A stretch of DNA of 62,670 nucleotides, filler included, from Vannella sp. (lineage: Eukaryota), in assembly GCA_023345925.1 (NCBI GenBank). It is 6 parts of 6 records of this genome, joined end to end, with 100 filler letters (N's around TTAATTAATTAA, not from the genome) between each part and the next. Parts side by side here need not be neighbours in the genome. Positions count along the whole stretch, not along the records: positions 37,357 to 55,908 come from JAJQQN010001062.1; positions 56,009 to 62,670 come from JAJQQN010001418.1; 4 more parts are not named here. The stretch is one strand, 5' to 3'. Under the pieces are notes generated by a model. It was given only the letters and a program-made list of their open reading frames with translations, ran no database searches and was not told where the DNA came from. Below, piece by piece: positions 54,613 to 62,670 of this stretch (position 1 is the first letter of the stretch; each line of letters begins with the position of its first letter). Position numbers and translations under genes: made by a program.

Positions 54613-55282
54613 ATGGTAGACGTCACCGGAGACTGTGGTGCGTTCCTTTGATGGGCGAGGTTGTCGGTAGATTGACGGAGGTGTGCGTGTAGGACCTATG
54701 ATCCTCGAGGCTTGCAAGCGTGGCAACGTTTCCTTCCTCCAAAAGATTATCGACGAGAACGGTGGAAAGGTCGACTTGACTCCTAAGGACGGTTTGGGTA
54801 ATTCCCCTGCCCACTACAGTGCCCAAGGTGGACATGCTGGTGGGTTCTAGAACATTGCGACCCCCCTCTCCCACCCTTACTCTCCACCTTAGATACCTTG
54901 GCTCTTCTCCTCAAGCACAAAGCCGACCCTAATGCTCAGAACCAGGTTGGAGATACTCCACTTCACAAGGCTGTTGCCAAGAACTCTACCGCAGCCATTG
55001 AGGTACCAACCCTACACTTTTTTTGAGGTCTTTTCGCCTCACACCTTCCCCCTCCAGCTTTTGTGCAACGCTGGTGCTGATGCAAACCTGAAGAATAAGA
55101 AGAACCTCTCCCCTCTTCACATGGCTCGTGAGCAGTCTGTCAAGGACCTCATCAAGACCATTTCTTCCAGTACGTTCCTTTGGACCCATTGCACTCTTTC
55201 CCGCATGCTCACTTTCTCCACAGAGCAAAAGCAGGTCGAGGAATGCGATGACGACGACATGTTCGATGATGACTCTGAGTAA
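54613..55282 (+). CDS. Small ankyrin-repeat protein, multi-exon
   Basis: EACKRGN, DGLGNSPAHYSAQGGH, NAQNQVGDTPLHKAV and NKKNLSPLHMA; acidic C-terminus. Confidence 0.85.
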
Positions 55283-55364
55283 ACGTTTCTTGTTCCCAGC
55301 CTCCACTTCTCGCTTCTTCTTGAGTGGTTCAGAGCAAACGAATGTATCATGAAAGCAACTTCTA

Positions 55365-55610
55365 TTACAAGAATTCTTCGTCTTCATCGATCTGAAGGGC
55401 AGAGGGAGCTTGGTCTTCTTGAACGGGACCGAATCGCCGAGGTCGCCAGAATCGGCATGAACAACGTTGGTAGCGACAACAAAGGGAGAGGATGATCAAC
55501 AACACACCGAAAAGGAAGACACCAAGGAGACATAGCACAGTGAGGACGAGTGCGTCGGTCGCAGTTGTTGCAAAGAACGAGGAAAGGGGTCCTATTTCAA
55601 TCACTTGCAT
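55365..55610 (-). CDS. Small single-pass membrane protein (upstream exons possible)
   Basis: ALVLTVLCLLGVFLFGVLLIILSL followed by CCRYQRCSCR (juxtamembrane Cys/Arg) and an acidic tail. Confidence 0.5.
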   Translation of the reverse strand: MQVIEIGPLSSFFATTATDALVLTVLCLLGVFLFGVLLIILSLCCRYQRCSCRFWRPRRFGPVQEDQAPSALQIDEDEEFL

Positions 55611-55908
55611 TGATCTTTTGATTGCTTGGATCCAGGCATAAGTAGTGTGGAAGGAGAACCTAAAAGGAGTTAGATGTGTGCTCCTCGCGATTGAGGAAGA
55701 TGAGCTCAGCGAAATCTCATGTATGTAGAAAAGAGCACATGGTGTTTTGGGTTCTCGCCATCATTTTTGCATCATCGCTCTCTTCCTGTGGTGGACTCAC
55801 CAGTGCTCTCGAAAGGAGGTCAATCAAAAATGAACATCCGAATGTTTTCAGCCGATTTTTTAAGAGTCGTCAATCTCTCACAACAAATCTATGTTGTATG
55901 AAGAAAAC

Positions 55909-56008
55909 NNNNNNNNNNNNNNNNNNNNNNNNNNNNNNNNNNNNNNNNNNNNTTAATTAATTAANNNNNNNNNNNNNNNNNNNNNNNNNNNNNNNNNNNN
56001 NNNNNNNN
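55909..56008. other. Artificial contig linker
   Basis: Ns flanking TTAATTAATTAA. Confidence 0.97.
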
Positions 56009-56283
56009 CACGTCTGATTTTTCTTGAATAAAACATATTTGGAACATTTTTTCAAATTAAACATTCCATTTATAGCGATTTATTCTACCCTTAAGTCCAC
56101 CACGGATCATCTGATTGGCCAAAAGCGAATAGCACGGTAAGCTGCTGGGTGTGTGAAGGAGAGTTCTCGCCTCGCTTAATCCTCTGGAGGCAAAAATCGT
56201 TGACTCGGAGCAATACGCAACACTACGAAGAGCAGCTGACTTGATTGTCGTGGAACTGATCAGTTCTTGAGAAGCGGGTGGGA

Positions 56284-58728
56284 ATGGCCTCCCTTCTGAG
56301 TGCGCACCGAGATGCCCTTTTGAAGAGCCTCGTGGACGATCACTTGAGTTATACAGTGCGCAAGGTGGCTGTGTTAGAGCCTGCACGAGTGTCGTTGCTG
56401 GTGAGGGCCTTACAAGCGCACCAGCTGCTCCGCCCTGGTGACGCTCCGACTGCCTTTGTTACTCCCATCGCTCCTCCTACTGCAGAGGAGAAGCATGCTC
56501 ACTCTGTAATCAAGTCCCATCATCAAACGATCGCCCGCTTCATCAATGCCGTAGAGCGCTTGATCAGCTCGAAAGGTAAGTCTTCTTGTTGCTCTCCCCC
56601 TTTCCTTCTTTTGGCTGATTGAGACCTCTTAGATGCTCCATCTAGATGTGGAGGATACTCTCTTCTTCGTGAGACCTTCCTGCAGTGCCCCTACAATGTC
56701 ATGCAAGAGAAGGCGGCTGGTTGGTGCACGCTCCTGCTGGAATCATTGAAGAAGCTGCTCTCTCAGAAGGACGCTTGGATTAATACCACTTTGGGAGAGA
56801 TAAAGGGTATCCTAGAAGCTCTCCAAAGCTGCACTGATCGCGCTCAGGCCCTTCCTTCTGTCCGATCAACTCTCCTTCAGGGGGCGCTCGCTCCCTTGCC
56901 CAATCTGCTGTTCCAGTTGATCTCCATATCCCCTCTATCTGTTAGTTATAGAGTTGATCTGGAGTTGGAGGCTCTCCTGACTCTCTCTTCCATCGCCCGA
57001 AACGTGCCAACTCTCCTCAAGAGCCATTATCAACGCCTACAAGCCACTGTGCTACCCCTCCTCATCCGAGACAACGATCCCATACGTGAAATGGCATGTC
57101 AGGTACTCTCCTTCCTCCCACAATGCAGTCGCGTCAAGGATGGACAGCACATGGGACCAACCGTGGTCCGGGTGTTGCAAGCGCTGCACCAAACCCTCCA
57201 TTTGCTCTTCCGCAAGGTCGACACCTTAGCCGAAGCCAGCTGGAAGACCTTCTATCAGCAACCAGAAGCGGCAGACGAGTTCTCCTTCGACATGAGCTTC
57301 TTGGAAGGGGAGGACTTGGCCACTTCCGGGGACATTCAGTCCCGCTTCTTGGCCGTCGTCCGCTGTACCCGGTCCTTATTGAAGGTTCTTCAGAACCTGC
57401 TTACTCACCAATACGCTGGAACGGTAGAGTATCCAGTCAATGAGCTTTTGGAGGGAATCGAACGAACCATCTCCATTGACCCAGAATGGCTCTTCCAGCA
57501 GCGGCTGGCCGTCAAAGTGGATCAATCTCATGTCATTCAGCTTCTTGTGGTTCTTCCTTTGATCCACGAAGACGCAGTTGCGCTTTTGACGACTCTTTTA
57601 GAGCGAGCCAATGCTCATTTGCTTCCCTTCTGTGACTCAGTCAGTGCTGTCATCCTCCGTCTCTTTTCTTTCTACCACGTCACAAGCGCACCATTCAATG
57701 GGTCTTTTAGGGGAAGCGTGTGTCAACTGGCCAGCACTTGCATTCGAGTCTTTGGAGTGAACGTCTCGGAGACTCTCGTTGTGCCATTACTTCGGGCTGT
57801 TGTGAGTCAGTACGATGACCTCCATTCGGTCTCCACCAAGCAGACTCAAATTGCTTCTCTGAGTCTCAACAAGACTCGCAAGAAGCGAAAACGCAACGAG
57901 ACGGCCAACAGTGACAAGCACTTTAACCACTTGAGTATTCTGGAGGACCAACTGCCTCTCGAAGACTCTTTCGCAGACCTTTCTTTTGAACGAATTCTTC
58001 AGATGGTCGAAGTGGCTCTGTTGCGGTGTGGAGTGTTCCTTTCAGTAGAGATACGAGGAGAAGTGGACCAATTTGTTTTGCATCTCATTTTGCCTTATCC
58101 GGACCTTTCCGTGATCTCTCCTTTCTCTCCACTTCACGATCCTCGGAGTAGACTGGCTCTTCTGCGAGTTGTGTACGCTTCCGTGTTGACTCCACAGCGG
58201 CATTTGGCTTCGATTGTGCCGTACGCCTCTCGCTTGTTTGCGCGGGGACAGTTTGACTCTGATCCAGCGATCAGTCTGTTCTGCCTTCAAGCGAATGCCC
58301 ATTGCCAGAGTGTATTACATCCCATCCGTGCACCAATTGTCCCTTTGGTCGCTGATGTCTCGGCTGAGGCTCTTCTGTCTTATCAAGAAGTACAATCTAG
58401 CTCTACTAAGTCGCTTGGTTCCGTCCCACAAGCCCCACTCGCTCCACTCGCTCCACCTGCCGCGAAGAAGGAAGCTGAACAGCAACAACCTGTACCTCCT
58501 GTGAACCCCCTCCTTCAAGAAAAGAGAGACTCTAGTGAACGAGCTACCCATCCAACGAAGACAATCCCCAGCCAGAGCCCCTTTGCAGCCCATCCGCCAT
58601 CATCCGTGCCAGAGCAGATCCTCAGCGTTGTCGGACAGAAAGAGGACGCGATGGACGACTCCACCGAAGAGTTCTCCTTCGTTCCCAACAGTCCCGACGC
58701 GGACGACCTTTCCAGCGAAGAGGAATAA
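56284..58728 (+). CDS. Rix1/PELP1-like pre-60S (rixosome) HEAT-repeat protein, two exons
   Basis: Leu-rich helical repeats; R.GG..LL....QC...AGWCTLLL; LLPF; central KKRKR; VLHP.R.P; Pro-rich then acidic C-terminus ending PD.D, as in Rix1/PELP1. Confidence 0.7.
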
Positions 58729-58791
58729 AGACTTGTCTGCAACGCGGAGAGTTCGAGAAGACCGGCTAATCATAATTACGCAATTCCCCAA

Positions 58792-58932
58792 AACGCCCAG
58801 ACCCTTCTTTGGCAAGAGAAACTAACGCATTGACCCCTTTTTTGGCAAGAGACGAACGCCCAGACCCTTCTTTGGCAGGAGAAAGTAACGCATTGACCCC
58901 TTCTTTGGCAAGAGACGAACGCCCACACCCTT
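58792..58932. repeat. Intergenic tandem repeat, about 63-nt unit made of two related ~31-nt halves, slightly over 2 copies
   Basis: aacgcccagacccttctttggca(a/g)gagaaa(c/g)taacgcattgacccctt(t/c)tttggcaagagacg repeated. Confidence 0.9.
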
Positions 58933-59085
58933 CACCTCTTGCAGAGAAAATTTTGGGGGACCCACACGGCCAATCAGCGTTGAGTCTGCGTCAGAGGGAT
59001 GGCCTTGGACCAACCAGAGGGTGCTGTGCGTTGGGGGAGGATACAAAAGGAGATTTGGGTCTTTCGCTTCACCCTTTTCTCTGCC

Positions 59086-62000
59086 ATGCAACTCTGGCTG
59101 CTTCTTTGCCTCACTTTGCTTCTCCCTGTGGATTGCGCCCTTCCTCCGTATCAGGTTACGGCTCTCAATAACTTCTTCAGTGCCCTTTCTGGCCCTTCTT
59201 GGGTCAACAAAGCTAACTGGGCTGGTTCCACCGACCCTTGCACAGGTTGGTTTGGCGTTTTTTGTGATGCTACCGCCACGAACGTGGCCACCATACTTCT
59301 TCCTGCCAACAACTTGACTGGAGCGCTGCCGGATCTGAACCTTCCGGGCCTCACCGACCTGTAAGAAGCCCTTTCTCTTTCTTACGTTTACGAAGGACAC
59401 TCATTCGCTCGTTCAGGATCGTATTCAACAACAAGATCTCTGGAACCCTTCCAAAATGGCCTTTGCTGAAGAGTCTGGTCTACATGTAAGAATCTTTGGA
59501 CCTGTATTGGCCTTCTGAGGGTCACAGTAATGAGAGGGAGTGATTGCTCACTAATCAGTTGCTTTCAGGACTTTGTTCAACAACTCGATAAGCGGAACTC
59601 TTCCAGAATGGTCCAATATGACGAACCTTCAGCGCATGTGAGTATTCCCATTCAAGCCTCGAAGGGGTCACCATTTGGATCTTTTGGGCTGATTGTGTGG
59701 TTTCAGGTTCTTGTTCAACAATCAGATCATCGGTACTCTCCCAGATTGGCTCAATAAGAAGAATCTGCAGTATATGTGAGTACTCTCGCGGCCTTTGTTC
59801 ACCCAAATGGCGGAGAAAGCAACTGCATGACTACCAAATGGAAGTTCCATCACTCACTGAAAGGTTACAGGCAATTGTACAACAACGACATCAGCGGAAC
59901 TCTTCCAGTTTGGTCCAATTTGACAAGCTTGAAGTTCATGTGAGCACTATCCTTGCTCTTACACATCAATGAGTGCCAAGGACTCATTCGGTGGTTTTAG
60001 GGACTTGAGCAACAATCTGATTTCCGGACCTCTTCCAGAGTGGCCTGATTTGGATAGTCTGGTGCAAATGTGAGAGCCTCTGAACCACCGCGTGACCGAA
60101 TAGGAGAGATCTAAACCATTGATTGTAGGATCTTATGGAACAACTCCATCAGCGGAACTCTCCCTCAATGGCCCAATATGTTGAGCATGGAACGCATGTG
60201 AGTCCTTCAAAGTTTCCACTTTCCCACAGATCTAATCAGGAACGCCTCGTTATCGATTTTAGAGTCTTGGATACCAACAAGCTCACCGGAACTATTCCAG
60301 AATGGCCTGATATGAAGAACTTGACTCTTCTGTGAGTACTTTATAGTTCAGGCTACTTCATGAGCTTTGTCTGAGATTGAGTTACTAACGTGGCGGTCGA
60401 TAGGTACCTGCATACCAACCAGCTCAACGGAACTCTTCCTGAATTCATGACGAAGCAGAAACTGGTGTTAATGTGAGCAAAGACTTTGATGGGATGGAGA
60501 GCTCTCATTGACTTGACTTCCAGGTTCTTGCACAATAACAAGCTCAGCGGAGAATTTCCAGACTGGATTGACCTGAAGAGTTTGCAGCAAGTGTGAGTTA
60601 AAGAGCTTTCCACTTCCTTGTGGAAATGCCAGTCCCTGGATGTCGCTAATCTGTTGTTTCCAGGTCGGCCCAAAACAACCGGATCACCGGGACTGTTCCG
60701 TACTGGAGTGCATTGGTCGCCCTCAAAACTGCGACTCTTGGAGGTACCAACCGCCTTTGTGGCGAACTGCCCGATCCTCGTCCAAAGAATTTCTCCATCA
60801 ATCTTGGCAATCAAGTGTTCAATTGCTCTGTCCTTCCTCCTGGATACAATGCAAGCCTGGCCAGTTGTAATTCCACTTTAGGATCCTGCCCATCCTTCAC
60901 GAGTTCTCCGTCCGCCTCTCCCAGTGTTACCGGCTCGAGAACTCGCACTGCTTCCGTCTCCAGAACGTTGACACCTTCGATAACTCGCAGTGCAAGTGCC
61001 ACTGGATCAGCAACCCGTTCTCCCTCCGCCTCTGCAAGTCGCAGTTCCACAGTGACAGGATCGGTCACGCCTTCTCGAACTCGAACTCCCAGTCCCAGTG
61101 TTACTGGATCGGTGACCCGTTCTCCAACCGTAACTCGATCGGGAACTTCTTCTCCATCTCGGAGTGCAAGCGTTACTGGATCGGCAAGTCACTCTCCATC
61201 CCCTTCTGCAAGTCGAAGTTCCAGTTCATCAGGATCGGGGACATCTTCTCGTAGTCCAAGTGGGTCATTGACTCCCTCTCTAACGAGAAGCGCAAGTGTT
61301 ACTTATTCAGTAACTTCCTCGCCCTCCTCTTCCACTAGTCTCAGCAGTAGCGCAACAGGATCCTATTCGCCGTCTCGAACTCGAAGTGCAACTCCCACTG
61401 GATCAGTCACTCCCTCGCCATCCCCTTCTGTAACTCGCAGTGCAAGTAGTTCTGGATTCACAACACCTTCTCCTAGTTCCACAGCGACCGTTACTGGCTC
61501 GGTGACTCCTTCTTCCAGTCGAAGCGGAACGGTCACCAAATCGGTGACTTCTTCTCCATCCCCTTCTAGAAGTCAAACAGCGACCTCTTCTGAATCGCCG
61601 ACCTCTTCTCCCAGCCACACCACCAGTGCAAGCAGGACTGGAACGATTTCAGTGACCGCTTCGTCGTCACCCACTTCAAGTGGCACCGCCAGCACTACAG
61701 CAACGGTTTCTGAGACTCCTAGCGGTACTGGATCAGCTTCAGTTACCTCCTCGGTTTCTCCTACTTCGAGCCGCACTGCCAGTGGGACCAGATCGGTTTC
61801 TGTGACACCATCTTCGTCTTCTACCCCGAGTGTCAGTGCGAGCACCACCAGATCAGCCTCAGTTACCCCATCAGGATCCCCTTCTTCGAGTGTGACCACA
61901 AGTGTGACTGGATCTGTATCTGCAACACCTTCCACGTCTCCTTCATCGAGTGTCAGTGCAAGCGTTACTGGGTCAGCATCGATCACCCCATCGGAATCTC

Positions 62001-62670
62001 CTACTTCGAGTGTGACGGCAAGTGTGACTGGGTCGGTATCTGAGACACCTTCGTCGTCGGCTTCATCGAGTGCCAGTGCAAGCGTTACTGGATCAGCATC
62101 TGTCACCCAATCGAGATCTCCTTCGGCTAGTGTTACTGCTAGCGTTTCTGGATCAGTTTCAGTTACCCCTTCTTCCTCTCCCTCATTGAGTGGCACCAAA
62201 AGTGCTACCAGATCTGTATCTGAGACTCCTTCCCCGTCAACCTCTTCCAGTCGAACCTCAAGTGCTACAGGTTCAGTGACAGGAACCGCCTCGTCGTCTT
62301 TCTCTTCAAGTGGCACCTCAAGTGGGACAGGATCGGTCTCTGGCTCCCCGTCAGATACCTCATCAATCTCTGTTACACCCTCAGTGACTCCCACGCTCTC
62401 GTTGACTGCTTCTGTTACTCCCACGATCTCTGTTACTTCAATGATCTCTGTGTCCCCTTCTGTGACTTCCACGATTTCTGTAACCCCTTCCATTACTTCC
62501 ACGATCTCTGTGACTCCTTCTGTTACTTCCACGATCTCTGTGACCCCATCTGCCAGTCCTACAATCTCTGTGACCTCTTCAGTAACTTCCACCATCTCAG
62601 TGACCCCCTCCGTAACTGGAACACTTTCTGTGACCCCTTCGGTAACTTCCACTGTCTCTGTGACACCTTC
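59086..62670 (+). CDS. Secreted/surface LRR protein (LRRNT + plant-type LRRs + Ser/Thr-rich stalk), 3'-truncated by window end
   Basis: Signal peptide MQLWLLLCLTLLLPVDC; LRRNT AL..F...L.GPSW...NW....DPC..WFGVFC; LRR consensus L.NN.ISGTLP.W..L..L; long S/T/P-rich exon from 60664. Confidence 0.92.
61700..62670 (+). repeat. Coding tandem repeats of the mucin-like stalk (about 60-nt units, then 30-nt units such as ISVTPSVTST)
   Basis: Repeated acgatctctgtgac(c/t)ccttc..ttacttcc and tcgagtgt....caag.gt.actgg units. Confidence 0.85.

Noticed and set aside
16764..56008. Recurrent N-flanked TTAATTAATTAA as a biological repeat or transposon target site
   Set aside because: Five identical 100-nt blocks with six-frame stops are a contig-concatenation linker; gene neighbourhoods across them are meaningless.
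58792..58932. CRISPR-like array
   Set aside because: The units repeat in tandem with no unique spacers, there are no cas genes, and the context is eukaryotic.
58809..59400. Repeat-containing ORFs 58809-59171 (+) and 58822-59400 (-)
   Set aside because: Products of the intergenic tandem repeat and the antisense of LRR exon 1; no independent coding evidence.
61573..62652. 359-aa minus-strand Val/Thr/Glu-rich ORF
   Set aside because: Antisense shadow of the Ser/Thr repeat exon of the plus-strand LRR gene.

Overview
Eukaryotic, gene-dense sequence with short GT-AG introns and very short intergenic spacers. The gene content is consistent with a free-living amoeboid protist, possibly Amoebozoa; this is inference, not a taxonomic assignment. 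The window is not one locus. It is six contigs joined by five artificial 100-nt linkers (N-runs around TTAATTAATTAA), so linkage is only meaningful within a contig: 1-16763, 16864-24535, 24636-31357, 31458-37256, 37357-55908 and 56009-62670. About 35 protein-coding genes can be supported, mostly housekeeping or signalling: Vps11, SURF1, uL23m, RasGEF, UPF3, epsinR-like, SMYD, MAPK, TFIIH p52, PWP1, GPATCH11, HSF, Rix1/PELP1 and others. Most notable observations: (1) a catalytically intact ALDH16-type aldehyde dehydrogenase lies about 4.3 kb from a long-type deoxyribose-phosphate aldolase (DERA) on one contig, echoing the bacterial deoC-ALDH16 pairing. (2) A secreted or surface LRR gene is built from nine consecutive exons of exactly 69 nt with phase-2 introns, one LRR per exon, followed by a mucin-like stalk. 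(3) A RING + polyglycine-rich protein has a stop codon that falls inside a decayed duplicate of the neighbouring copper-radical oxidase 3' end. (4) A syntaxin-7-like Qa-SNARE lacks a transmembrane anchor. (5) An orphan protein may carry a degenerate EF-hand/SH2 (STAT/Cbl-like) module. Exon boundaries and start codons were read by eye and are approximate where stated. No rRNA, tRNA or CRISPR array was recognised.
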